The position numbers and the translations under genes were made by a program. Of a stretch of 64,000 nucleotides of DNA, positions 1-13,079 are shown piece by piece (within the stretch, counting starts at the first letter, position 1; the number at the start of each line of letters is the position of its first letter). A model generated the notes under the pieces. The model had not been told where the DNA came from. It ran no database searches and saw only the letters and a list, made by a program, of their open reading frames with translations. Source of the DNA: Microbotryum violaceum (lineage: Eukaryota); NCBI GenBank assembly GCA_001244265.2, contig CDLV01000007.1, positions 744,001 to 808,000 of the forward strand, written 5' to 3'.

Positions 1-1617
1 ATTTCGGCGACCGCTTTGGAATGCGCAGCGCGTTTGCCGTCCCGGTCCGCTGTGAGCTTCTTGATCGTGTCCTCGAAGCGTTTCTAGCATACGTAAAAGA
101 GAACGAGGAAGTCAGTCTCACGCATCTCGGTACGGGATGTTTCACCGCATTGAGACATTGACTGACCTTGAAGATCGGATTCGCGGCCGTGCTAAGCTTG
201 TTCTCCGAATCCGTAATCTTGCTCTCCAAATCCTTGATTTCCTCCAACAGCAACTTGATCCTTTTCTTTTGTTCAATCACCTCCGGATCGATCGCCTGTT
301 CCTCATCGTCATCGTCGTCCGAACTACCACCGCCGAACAAACCGCCGGCGTCATCGGAATCGGAATCATCGTCTTCGGAGGAAGAGCGATCGATCGCTTC
401 CATGCCTTTGTTGATCTCGTTCGCAAGGTCGGAATCATAGCCTGATCCAGCGCCGGCTTCATCGGCGTCGTCGTCATCGCGATCGCCATCGTCCATGCCT
501 TCGTCGTCGTCTCCCGCAATGGACGAGGCACTGCCTTCTCGTCGTGGGGTTGGAGCACCTATCGACGACCCAACACCACCTCGATCGTCGTCATTGACGT
601 TGTCGTATTCGTCCTCGGAGACGACGTCATGATCCAGTAATTCTACGCGGCGTGGTGAGGCCAGCACGTCAGACTAGGATTCTCAGCGCATCGTCATTTT
701 GGGACGACAAGAATTACCATACTGGACCTGCTCAGCGGCTTGATCTTTTTCGAGAAGTTTCTCTACAGCGCTTTCCACGATCTCGATCGTCTGTTGTGGT
801 GCAGCAGGGAGAACGATCAGTTGAGCTCGCGGCACCTCGAGGGGAAGGATCCATCCGAGCCCGAGCCCGAGCCCGAGCGGGCGCCTTCACGACGGTCACT
901 TACCCTCTTGTTGATTCTTTTACGAAACCGACGTTTCCTGACGTGCTTGAGCGGTGGTGTGATACCATGAGGGTACGAAAAGTCCTCGATATTGAACGCC
1001 TCTTTGGTCACGTCGGCCTCATCCTGGATCTCGTCCTCGTCGACAAGTAACATCTGGCATACGTCCGCGATCTTGACCGTACCACCACCGGATCCGGTCA
1101 ATCTTTGACTCTCCAACAGAGTCGGTAAATCGAAGAGTTTGGACGAATAGGATTTGCCCTTGAGATGAAAGACGGCGCGTCTCGAGTCCTTGAACTTGAA
1201 CCACACGTCTTTGGGGTTTACCGTTCGAGCTTCGACCATCTCCCTCAACTGAGGAGCAAGATCCTTGGGCAACCTTAGGAGGAACTGTTCCTCCACTGCT
1301 AGAGGCACTTCCGGGTCCGAATCGAGTTCACGATCCCATCCTATTCCCGTCGCATCGTGGTTGACCGCGCCAGGTCGAGTCTCCTTCGTCGTCGCCGTTC
1401 CTGAGCCTAATGCACTTCCAGCTCCTTCCTGGTTCATCTTCAACTTAATTTTGGGTGCACTCGAGCGGGGCGTGTATTCAAACTCATCGTCCGAGCCCGC
1501 CAAGGCTTTGGACGTTTTGTGTCGTTGACGACGAGGTCGGGAAGCCGCCATGGTCGGTGGTGCGGTTGGGGGAAGCGAAGTTGAAGCTGAGGTGTAGTAG
1601 GCGCCTCCATCGTCCAT
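1..1617 (-). CDS. TAF7: TFIID subunit 7 (TAFII55 N-terminal domain), spliced, 3' end runs off window
   Basis: ORF 817-1617 has EEQFLLRLP...LFDLPTLLES..KIADVCQMLLV...YPHGITPPLKHVRKRRFRKR, typical of TAFII55_N; followed by acidic and coiled-coil exons (NPILKSRFEDTIKKL). Confidence 0.9.
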
Positions 1618-2094
1618 CTTGGGCGAATGGGAAGTGCCAATCTTGCCAGAAGATTACGCGATCGACTGGCTCGATCCTAGTAGCGACACGAAGGCGAGAG
1701 AGAGAAGGAGCGACGGCTGACTTGATTTGACACTCGGGCTCGGATTTCGTCAAGTGTCCGAGCGGCCGCCAGCTCTCACTGCAAACAGCGGCATTTTTAA
1801 CTCACGGACAAAAATCGCTCCAGACGAGCACCCTCCTGCGAGTTGGGGTCGAACATTACAAAGAAAACGCGCACTTTTTCAACTGTTGCCTTCTTCGCCT
1901 CTGCTCGGTCTGAGAATGATCGCCGGACGTCGGACGCCGGCCCGCCAAAGGAGGGAAAGAGGTCCGTGCGCCATCGGACGCGCAAATGGAATCGCAAAAG
2001 TAACGACGCGCCGGGGATCACACTTTCGGCGCGTATACAGGCATCTCTTCGCCTGGCTGCTTGCTGCCTCTCGCCTATCCAACACATAGCAGTC

Positions 2095-4916
2095 ATGGCG
2101 ACAGCCTTACCCGTCGTCGACTTGGGTCTCGACTAGTCAGCCTTTTCTGGACCTAGATGACTAGACTTGGGGAACTCGAGAAGACACTGAGACGCACTTC
2201 TCCCCCCCACAGCGACGAAGATCTTGAACGAATCCGCACTTTCTTGACCAAATTCGAGGTTACTCGTCCGGCGCGTCAAACCGAGCGAGATGAGGACGAC
2301 GAGACCGAGATGGAGGACGAGGATGACGAGATCACACCCGATGATGTACCCGGCGTGCTCAAGTACCGTCAACAACTGGTCAGTACATGCATCTTTCCGC
2401 ATTTCCTCGCCGTGTCACCCGCGATCTCGCGCCCCCGGGGGCGCGCACGCGTCGACGCGTCGCTCGCCCCTGCGCAAGGGGTGTGACTGCTCGCTGACCT
2501 GAAATACCGGTCTCGGCCGCGCACGAATGGCACCATTCTGACCCATGTGCCTTCCTCGCTCGTTCACAGCAACGTGTTGCCAACCGGGAACAAGAACGCC
2601 TCGTCATCGACCTCGAGGACCTGAATCAGGTTAGTGTGATGCACCGTGCAGAGACGCGACAAGCACCACGACATCGGGCCCGTGCTGATACCTTTATCCA
2701 TATTCTTCTCCTTCAAAAGGACCTCACAAATGGTCAACCTCTCGTCGACCTCATCAAAGCCAACACGCAGCGATACGTCAAGCTCTTCTCTCAGGCCGTC
2801 GACGAGGAGCTGCCCGCACCGACCGAGGACATCCGCGACAAGGCCGACATCCTCGACGTGATCCAGTTCCAGCGCATGTCCAAGAACGACGAGAACGAAC
2901 AGGATGGCGTCAACATCTTCCCGGCGAACCTCTTGCGACGGTACAACCTCTACTTCCGCCCCTTGGCCTCCGACGTGCCTCTCGCTGTGCGCGAGGTGCG
3001 CGGTTCCCACCTCGGCAAACTCATCACCGTCCGAGGCATCGTCACGCGTGTCTCCGAAGTCAAGCCCTTGCTCCAGGTCAACGCGTACACGTGCGACTCG
3101 TGCGGTGCCGAGATCTTCCAGGACATCGACAAGCGCAAAATTACGCCCTTGACCGAGTGCATTTCCGAAATTTGCAAGCTCAACAACGCCAAGGGGCAGC
3201 TACATATGCAGACGCGCGCGTGCAAGTTCACCCCTTTTCAAGAGTGCAAGATACAAGAGATGACGGATCAGGTCCCCGTCGGTCACATCCCTCGCTCTAT
3301 GACGATCCATCTTTACGGCAACCAAACCCGTCTCGTCTCGCCTGGTGACGTTGTACACATTGGCGGTGTATTTTTGCCGATCCCGTACGAGGGGTTCAAG
3401 GCGTTGAAACTCGGTCTATTGACGGACTCGTACCTCGAAGCACATCACATCCATCAGCTCAAGAAGCAGTACGAGTCGATGAAGTTGACGCCCAAGATTT
3501 ACGACGAGATCGCCGAGCTCAAGCGTGACCCGGCGCTCTACTCGAAGCTCGCATCGAGTATCGCGCCCGAAATCTTCGGTCACGAGGACGTCAAGAAGGC
3601 GTTGCTCTTGCTGCTCGTCGGTGGTGTGACCAAGTCGATGGGCGATGGAATGAGGATCAGGGGTGATCTCAACGTATGCCTCATGGGCGACCCGGGTGTG
3701 GCCAAGTCGCAGTTGCTCAAGTACATCTCCAAAGTTGCGCCCCGAGGTGTCTACACAACAGGTCGCGGATCGTCTGGGGTTGGATTGACCGCGGCCGTGA
3801 TGCGTGATCCGGTAACAGACGAGTTTGTGCTGGGTGAGTCGAGAAATCGTTCTTCAGTAGTAGTACCTGCGACTGGGAGCTGAATGGGAATTGACTTCTC
3901 CTTTCACAGAGGGTGGTGCTCTTGTCTTGGCCGATAACGGTATCGCATGCATCGACGAATTCGACAAAATGGACGAGTCGGACCGAACCGCGATTCACGA
4001 AGTGATGGAACAGCAGACCATCTCCATTTCCAAAGCCGGTATCACCACGACGCTCAACGCGCGCACGTCGATCCTCGCCGCGGCGAACCCTCTCTACGGG
4101 CGTTACAACCCGAAGATCTCGCCCGTGGACAATATTAACCTCCCCGCCGCGCTCTTGTCCCGTTTCGATCTCTTGTTCCTCATCCTCGATACCCCTTCGC
4201 GTGACGATGATCAGAGGCTGGCTGAGCACGTCACTTATGTCCATATGCATTCGGAGCACCCCCCGTTGCAACACACCCCGATCTCGCCCGTTTTGATGCG
4301 ACACTACATCGCGCTCGTACGACAAAAGCGTCCGACCGTACCTCGGGATGTGTCGAATTACGTCGTGCAGGCCTACGTCTTGTTGAGGAAAGAGACCAAA
4401 GCGGCCGAGGATCGCAACCAGTTCTTCACCTACACCTCGGCGCGTACCTTGTTGGGTGTCTTGCGCTTATCGCAAGCGTTGGCTCGACTGAGGTTCGCCG
4501 ACGCGGTCGAGACGGCCGATGTCGACGAGGCGTTAAGGTTGATGGAATGCTCCAAGGCATCCTTGCACGATCACGAGAACAGGGATCGCGACGTAGACCA
4601 AACGACGACGAGTAAGATCTTCACCCTCATCAAAACGATGGCTGCTGCGGGACAAGCTCGTGTACGTGGTGCTGGTCGGAGTGGTCGATTGGGTCGGGGA
4701 CCACCCAGGATGGAAGTCGATGGGGATGATGAACAAGGTGTGGAGGCGGATGGGTTCAATCCCGAGTTGAACATGAGGGAAGTCAGGGAACGTGTCATTG
4801 CCAAAGGCTTCACCGAGGATCAATTCAAGGATTGCCTCGATACGTACGCCGAGGTCGGCGTGTGGCAACTGGAGGCCAATGAGACCATCCTCAAGTTCCT
4901 GGGCGGCGATGATTAG
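2095..4916 (+). CDS. MCM7: DNA replication licensing factor MCM7 (multi-exon)
   Basis: [19 protein letters not shown] Walker A, IDEFDKM Walker B, ALLSRFD arginine finger, YTCDSCG zinc finger, [12 protein letters not shown] 2095, first intron starts 2136. Confidence 0.95.
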
Positions 4917-5140
4917 ATGTTTGGACGCGTGGGGACTGTATTCTTGTTGAGAGTGTGTTATCTTTCATTTGGGGGACCTTGTACAATCTTCCTTGTATCT
5001 TGTACTGCGGAAAAAGACGCAAAAGATGTTTCCTTCCACAGTTTGTTCCGGTGCTTCGGCTGGCCAAAAGCGTGTCGAATCATATCGTTAGGCGTTACGA
5101 TGCATTATAAATCCAATTGATACATATGATATCCTCTTGT

Positions 5141-6625
5141 CTACTCTTCCCGCATACATCCACCAGGAAATAACCATCGATACTTGTTCGGTTTCTTCCT
5201 CAACAACCGCGGCAGCTGATCATCGTCGATTGACCGGCTCGGCACCAATTTCCATTTGGACGCCATCTCGCGCCATGTATAAGCCTCGGGCAACATCGCA
5301 AACATGTCCAAACCGTCGCAGATGGTTTTCTGAATACGTTCGGGGCGGAGGAGGGCAGTCGGCCGACTGCCCAGACGGTCGGTGTGCGAATAGCCTGTGT
5401 TTAGGCGATTCACATGCGAACAAGATCAGCATATCAGCATCTTACGACCCCTGGAGGTAACCAACACGATTGACACCAAAAACTGACCTTTGGCCTTGGT
5501 AATGAATTCCTCGATCTTCTCAAAGCACCAACTGCAATGCCACCCGCTATCGGCCAAGATGTTTTCGCTCACTTTACCGTGACGATAGTATTCTGCGGCC
5601 CCTTCGCCTCGATCGGGCCAATGCGTCGCATGGGCCCTCCAACTGCTCACACCTTTCATGATCCCTCCCGCTTCGAATTCGAACGAGTAGAGATAATCTT
5701 TTAGACCTAAGTGCAGGGGGAAGGGGAAACGACAAGATTGGAGGAGTTTTGCCGTCGGTCGGGAAACGAGTTCGTCCACGTCCGAGAAGAGGAGCACGGG
5801 TCCCATGGCGATATCGGAGTCCTTTTCGCCTTGGATTCGTGGAGGCATGTATTCCTTGATGAAGGTCGTCATCGCGCGACGTACTTCGATCTCTTGGGTG
5901 AACGGATCCTCCCCCTCGGCCAGGATCCGGCCGTCGATGGAACGGTAGTGAATCTTGTCGAGGAAAGGGGCGAAATCCGGATTGGTCTTGAGTGCGGTGG
6001 ACATAATCAGGGGTTTAGGTATGCCTGTGAAGGTGTGTGCTGATTCGATGATGAAGAACTTGGTTACAATCGGGTCGAGCTCGGTGAGTCGGATGAGGAG
6101 CATCGGCAGCTCGGTCGAGAGGATCGACTGGTTGAAGAGCGAGCAATTGTCGGAGGCGGGAGTGTGATGGCGGGGAATGTAGAGCGTCAGCATACCGTTC
6201 GTTTCTGGATCTGTATTGTCCTTCTTCCCGGTCGGTTGAGGTGGTGCGCGAGTGCTCGCAGCCTCCATCTGGGACTCGTGACGCGACCCCGACTGGCTGA
6301 ACGTGTCCTGACTGCCACCCACCGCGGGATGTCGATCACGTCTTCGACAGAAGGAAGAAGAACTCACCGCATCCCACACCTCTACCGCCTTGAGTCTCTC
6401 CTCCCATCCATACTCGCGACAAACGCTCCGAAGGTCCGCGCCCTCGGGCAAGTCCAGCAACCGACTGTGGATGTGTAGCCGAGGTCGCTGATCGGTGTCC
6501 CACAACGGTCGCGACGCGTAACTGATCAGATTGCGGGGTAGTCGAGGCACGAGTAGAATGTAGTAGACCGTGAACATGCAGAGGAAGCCGGTGCATAGGA
6601 GCAAATAGCGATTTATTCGATTCAT
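5141..6625 (-). CDS. Glycosyltransferase family 17 (beta-1,4-GlcNAc transferase-like), type II membrane protein
   Basis: N-terminal TM segment, IIESAHTFTGIPKP, FSDVDE (DxD), DSGWHCSWCF, YSHTDR motifs. Confidence 0.85.
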
Positions 6626-7297
6626 GGTTGGTCGGCACGGAGTGGGCCTCGAGTGGGCCACGAGTGCACGAGTGGAAAGGCGATGCGGACTCCCTTCGTG
6701 GTTGTAATACCCGACGCCGAGTCGTGTCGCGAGTCACGACTGACGACTCACCACGTGTGCCAAGGCCTGGGGTTTAATTTGGACTAGAACGGAAGCAAAC
6801 TGAGGCGCTCGGCATCCATGAAACCTTTTCGGCAGAAACCAACCACTGCAGACATGGCTTCTCGGGACACGGCTATTGAGAACGGTCTTCTCTTATCCAG
6901 CGATAAGCATAGCCTTTTGTTCCGATCTCCTGAAATTCGGATCCGCGGGAAACGGAGTGGTGCCTGCTGGGCGCGCAACCGGCCGAAATAATACCGGCGC
7001 CGATGTTTTGCTGGCCAGAGCCGAGACTCGGAAATAGCGATTATGTTTGCGTCGTCGAGGGCAGGAACACGAAACCCCATGGAAAAAAAGTGCTTATATA
7101 GTTTTTTTGGATGGCGTAGCCGGTTGGGGGCGATTCAGCCGTCGAAAATGTATGACGTGCAAAACCACAGTGGGCATCCGTGTCGTGCGCGCGCCTTGCA
7201 CTCGTTTCCCCTTCCTTCCCTTTCGACCTTCAGGCATAGCAGACTCTCGAACCACTTCCAGCCTCAACAGCTTCGTTAACTCCCACCCCATTCCAAC

Positions 7298-8584
7298 ATG
7301 TTGAAGCTGTACGACCTCGTTCCCACCCATGAGCGCGGCCCCTTCTTCTCCCCCTTCGCAACCAAAGCTCGTCTCGCACTCGCTTCGAAAGGGATCCAAT
7401 TCAAAGTCGTCCCTGTCACGTACAAGGAGTTGCAGACGGTTTGGAAGGAAGAGTTCAAGATCAAGATGCCGACGGGTGGGTTTGTGGCTCTGTAGTCGGG
7501 GTGGTCGCTGGCAGAAGAGCGCAGGTTGACGGTCACCGTTACTTTGATTCGCCGGCGCGGGTGGGACCCCACACTCGGATGATCCTCCGTGCACGCTGCA
7601 GTTCCCTTCATTCAGAGAGAGGATGGATCGTACCTCATCGATTCGGACAAGATATCCCAGTAGGGGTCATTTCGTGTTCTTTCTACCACCCTCACATGGG
7701 CTTTATGAGACTGATATCCCCGAGTCGGAACTGTCTCCTATCTCCCGGACAGTTGGGCCGATCAGGCGTACCCGACGGGACCTTCGATCTTCCTCCCCAC
7801 TCAAGCTTCGGACCAAGTTGATTTTCAGTCGGAAGAATACAAGCAAGCCGCTGCGAAGGACATCAGCCAGTGTACGCTCCCATCAAATTCTTTTGACCCC
7901 TTTCTTCGCCCTCGGATTCCTGACTTTAGTTGGATCCCGTACCTATGCAGATTTTGACAAGTGGCTCGTAGGCGCGGTATACCTTCCGCGCTTTGCTCCG
8001 ACGTTTGATGAATGGGTACGAGCTCCCTCCTTCTAGACTTTCTGCAGCTCAGGCTGACAAGCGTCGTTCTGGCTTCCCTTACCAGACCCGAGCCTACTGG
8101 ACTTCGGACGATCGTCTCGGTCCTGGATTCTGGGCACGCGTCAGCTCGCGTGATCAAGGTGAGTCCAATCACTTCGGCTCCCCTTCAACCGATTCTAAGC
8201 TGAACTCTTCCCCCCGTTCGGTCTCGTACTCAGACGAGTGCTTGGCCGAGCTGCAAAAGGGTTTGGACGAGTTCGGCGAAAAGCACCTCAATTCGGAGAA
8301 GGGACAATTGTACTTGCAAGATCTATCGGCCCCCGGACACCTGGTGAGGCATGTTACTGTAGTATACACCTCCAAGCTTTCTGACCAACCTCTGCACGAT
8401 CGACATCGTTCAGGACTTTTCACTCATGGGCTTTGTCCGAATGCTCTCGGCGTGTTCTCACGCGTTGGTTAAAAAAACGTTCGCTCGTCCCGATACGCAT
8501 CTCGCGAAGTGGCTCGACAGAATGCTTAGCCACGATCAGATTGCCAAAGAATGGAAAGCACTCAGTGTTCGTGATCCTGCATAG
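7298..8584 (+). CDS. Glutathione S-transferase N-terminal domain protein (many short exons)
   Basis: MLKLYDL...FFSPFATKARLALASKGI, VPFI, DS.DIA..LD..YP-type motifs, C-terminal HLAKWLDRM. Confidence 0.75.
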
Positions 8585-8803
8585 ATTCCAGCTTGGGTCA
8601 TGGGAGTTTGAGTCATGAGAATCGTCGCTTTCGGGTTGCGTTCGTCGCATCAAGCAAAACTGCGTATATGTAGGTCGTATATGGAAGTCATGCAATGTAA
8701 ATAGGGCCTAACAAAGTGAGCTCGAGTGCTAATCAGATGGGACCTACGAAAACATGGGAGAGAGAGATACACTCTTGACGATAGGGGCACCCATCAGGAC
8801 AGA

Positions 8804-10533
8804 TTACGCCAGGACCTTCTCCCTCGTGCTCTCCTGCTTCTCCTCCACCCTGACCTTGTCCTCTTCCTTGGAACCAAGAATCTCCCCAACAGGCACCTTC
8901 CCAGTCCCCTCCAGTTTCTCCTCCACTGCCTTCTCGCCCTCCCTCTGATCGTTCAATCTCAATCTCCTCAACTCCTCCTCGATCTCCCTCTCCCCATCCT
9001 CACTCAAGCCCACTCCAGCCCCTCCCAAGATCTCCTCATTGATTTCCCTCGCATCCTCCAACCCCTGCGCAAGCCTTTCATTCACCTCTTCAACCCTCTT
9101 CAACTTGATCTCCGGATCACCTACCACTTCCCGCAATACATCAGCCCCAAGTTCCATAGCGTTAATCATCTCGTTATCCGAAGTGGCCGTTTCGATAGCC
9201 CATACGACTTGGGACAATTTCTCCCTCGCGCCCAATTTGTGTTCGAGAAGTTTTTGAACGTGTCGTTTTTGCGCGAGGTAAGATTTGATTAGGGCCGTGG
9301 GTTGTTGTGTAGATAGAGCGGTCGTGGCGAGGGATTGATAGGTCTTGATTCGGGTTTGGAGGGAGGTAATGTAGGCTTCGAGTTGGGTGAGGGTCGAGAG
9401 GAGGGATAAGATCGAGAGGTCCGAGGAGGTGATCGTTAACGGTGGAGTGGTGGAGGTGGTGGATGGGTGGAAGGGTCGGAATTTGATGGCCTAGGGGGAT
9501 CACGCGAGTCAGCACACCCAGTTCGAAGTTGAGTTGGGTCCCGAGAGAAGAGACGAACCTCTCCTTTCTGCACGCAATAGCCTTGATCACACAAGTGCTT
9601 GACCAAGACTTGAACATCGAGGGTCGACAACTCGGCGTCGGGGTCCAAGAGTTGGGATCCGAATCGGGCGCGGAAGGTGTGGAGGGTCATGAGGCGTGAA
9701 AGAGGGTCGATGAGATGGGCTTCCAAGAGGGGGAGGAGGGTCGTCGTTGCTTTCTGGATGAGAGAGGGAGGGGGTCGGGAAGAACTTTTGAGCTGGTCAA
9801 CAGCGGCCCGAGCTCGGACTCTAACCGAGGAGAAGCTGACTGACCTCGACCAGGGGTACGACGACGTATTCGCCCTGTCTATTGGGCCATTCCACGGTGT
9901 CATCATAGGTGGTCGAAGAAGAAGAGGAGGACCCTCGTCCGAGCAATCGTGAGGCAGCCCATCCCAAAGGTCGAGTCACGAGGCCCAAGAGGGACGTTCC
10001 CGAGGACGAGGTGGGGTGCGTCGACGGTGAGGCGAGGTAGGTTGAGAGCGGTATACACGATTGGTCGTTGACCATCTCGGCCTGGGGGGAGAAATGCGCA
10101 GCAAAGATGAAAGGCCGAGCGTGAGTGAGGTCGTTTGGCGCGGTCACGTGCCAAGTGGAGCGATCTGCGATGACGCGATGAAGGGGCGTGACTTGTGACT
10201 GACGATGACGGTAGCCAAACTGGCCGGTCTGCCCAACTTGTGCGTGCGCAAGAGATGCCTCAAATCATCATCGACCTTGATGACGAGTCGATGGTCCCCC
10301 AGCAGCGCTTGCGAGGTCATGTGAACGAGCTGGTTGCGCCACCATGACAGAGCGCCGGCGTACCCGGTCGGATTCGATTGCTTGCGAGATGAGAAGGACG
10401 AGTACAGGAACTGGCCTCGCGCGGTCGACAGTTCGGGTAGGGAGGACAGGTACGACGTGGCGGTCAGTGGAGCATGTGGAGAATGCGCAACCGTGGGCTC
10501 GGCGGTCGAGGTGGAGGTTGAGCTCGAGGCCAT
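8804..10533 (-). CDS. CHMP7/Chm7-like ESCRT-II/III hybrid (winged-helix N-terminus plus Snf7 domain)
   Basis: FLYSSFS.RKQSNPTGY..ALSWW N-terminus; C-terminal helical Snf7-like IETATSDNEMINAMELGADVL...EIEEELRRL. Confidence 0.75.
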
Positions 10534-10696
10534 CTGATTGCTTGGCAGCCGCGGAAACGGACAGAGGCAGAGGCAGAGCCGGGGAGCCCGGTGAGCGGGC
10601 CCGATGCCCCTGAACGCCTGAACGATCAGCGCATGACCGACGCTGAGGTGACCCAAATCGTCTTCTTCCTTCCCACCCCATCCATCTTGTGGGATC

Positions 10697-13073
10697 ATGT
10701 TTCGCCTACCGACTCGCTATGCGCCACTCCCGATCGAACTGATCACTCTCACCCGATCATGTGCCGGGGCTTGGACGTGGTATGCCTGTGCAGCACCTCG
10801 GTCTCGACTGGCGCTTGGACCTCCACTGCGACTCGGTCTGGGTGCGAAACGCTCCTTCTCCGCCGCGTCGGCATCCCAGGACAAGAAGCAGTTTTTCGTC
10901 ACCACCCCCATATACTACGTTAATGCTGGTGAGCACTGTCAGCTGGGGATCGTATATGTTCCAAACCCCCCATCTCATCATCTCACACCGTAGCCCTCTC
11001 TCTTCCTCCGCCGCAGATCCCCACATAGGTCACCTTCACTCGACCCTTCTCGCCGACGTCCTTGCGCGCTACAACACCCTACGTCATTCGACCCACGGCA
11101 ATCCGTGCATTTCCCTACTCTGCACCGGAACGGATGAACATGGGCTCAAGGTACAACGCGTCGCAGAGGCGCAGCGTATCGCCCCTCTCGAACTGTGCGA
11201 TCGGGTTTCGCAGACGTTTAGGGTCAGTTGCGCTCCCTTTTTCCGTCGAGGTCCAAAGTTGGGCGCTGAATCGGCCTTCGCCTCGGATAGGACTTGGCCA
11301 ATCTAGCCGGTATTCAACCTCATACCTTCATCCGTACGACCGAACCGAGGCATCGGCAAGCCGTGCAACACCTTTGGGTCAGTTTGACCCGCCGAAATCA
11401 AGTTATTCGCGCGTACGACATCTGATCGAACCTGCACCCACCCCTAGAGAGAATTGAAAAACAAAGGCTACATCTACAAATCATCCTATGCGGGCTGGTA
11501 TGCCGTCTCGGATGAAGCCTACTACTCGGAGAACCAAGTCACCGATACCGTCGACCCCAAGACGGGCGAGCAGATCAAGGTCAGCTCTTCTCAAGACCTG
11601 AGATGATGTCCAACTGACTGGGAATACGTGTCCTTGCAGATCTCGATCGAGACTGGGTCGCGCGTCGAATGGATGCAAGAGGACAACTACAAATTCCGCC
11701 TCTCGGCCTTTAGGAAACCTTTGCTCGAATGGCTGGCGTCCGAACCGAATCGCACGTCTATCGGACACACCTCTTTCCACTCCTTGAAAGGTTCATCCTC
11801 TGACCTCTACCTCGTCCCATTTCACAGCCCTCCAACCCCCCTCCCGAACCATCTCCCTTCTCGCCTCCCTCTCCTCACCCGACAGTCCAGACCTGCAAGA
11901 CCTATCCATTTCCCGGCCCTCGTCGCGCTTGACTTGGGGTATTCCTGTACCCGATGACGCGGATCATACCATTTACGTCTGGATCGACGCTTTGGTCAAT
12001 TACATGACTGTGACGGGGTACCCTTGGACGCCGGCGGGAGCGAACATGAATCTGGCATGGCCTCCGGATCGGATGATCGTAGGCAAGGATATCATTCGGT
12101 ACGCTGCTCAACTTCATCCTTAGAGTGCCTTACCCCTACTGACCCTTTCTAGCTTGTCTTCTTACCAGCTTCCACGCGCTTTATCTCCCCGCCGTGCTCC
12201 TCGCCCTCGACCTCCCTTTACCCAAACACCTTCTCGCCCACGGTCATTGGACCATGGACAAGTTCAAAATGTCCAAATCGCGCGGCAACGTCGCCTCCCC
12301 TTTTACCGCAATCGAAAAATGGGGTTCGGACGCCATGCGATGCTACCTCATGAAAGTCGGTGGCAACTCGGCCGTCGATGCGGATTATTCGGACGAGGCG
12401 ATCGAGGTGTTTTATAAGAAGAGCTTGAAAGGGCAGATGGGGAACTTGATTAGTCGGATTGGGAATAGAAAGATGGTGCAGAGGGTGGAGGAGGGAGGGA
12501 GGAAGTTGTGGGATGTGCCTGAGGGGGTCGAGGACGTCGATGAGGAGGTTAGGAAGGCGTTGATCGAGTTGAGAGGTGAGTTACTTTTTTCAGGTCTTTC
12601 GGGTTCGTCCAGGCGGATTTTAATTGCTAACTCTTGACTGTTTGGTGAGGGTAGACACGTTCGAGTCCCATATGAACAAGTTTGAACTTCATCGAGCCAT
12701 CAACGCCTTGTTCGACGCCCTCACCCTCGCCAATAAAAATATCCAACAACTCGAGCCTTGGGCAGAGACCTCCTCCTCCGAGACCGTTCATCGCGCACTA
12801 TTTTATTCCTCCGAAACACTAAGGATCATTGCTATTCTCATTCGACCCGTGATGCCTCAAAAGTCGAAACAATTACTGGACATGTTGGGCGTAGCTGAGG
12901 AGAAGAGGGGCTGGGAGGACGCCGTTTTAGGTCAAGGTGGGGAACGGACGCTGGATGTCCTAGGCAGGGATCAATTGTTCCCCAGTCTTGCGGTCAAGAA
13001 GCCCAAGGGTGGGGACGGTCGGGATATCGTCTCGCCTCTTTCTACAGACTTGAGTAATGCAGTCATCCTTTGA
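10697..13073 (+). CDS. MSM1: Methionyl-tRNA synthetase, mitochondrial
   Basis: FFVTTPIYYVNA, PHIGH (HIGH), TGTDEHGLK, DLSISRP..RLTWGIPVP, YVWIDALVNY, KMSKS; Arg-rich presequence. Confidence 0.92.
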
Positions 13074-13079
13074 GTAGAG

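Noticed and set aside
6690-7200. Possible TE remnant or ncRNA in the GT17/GST divergent intergenic region
   Set aside because: No TIR/TSD pair or recognisable RNA motif found
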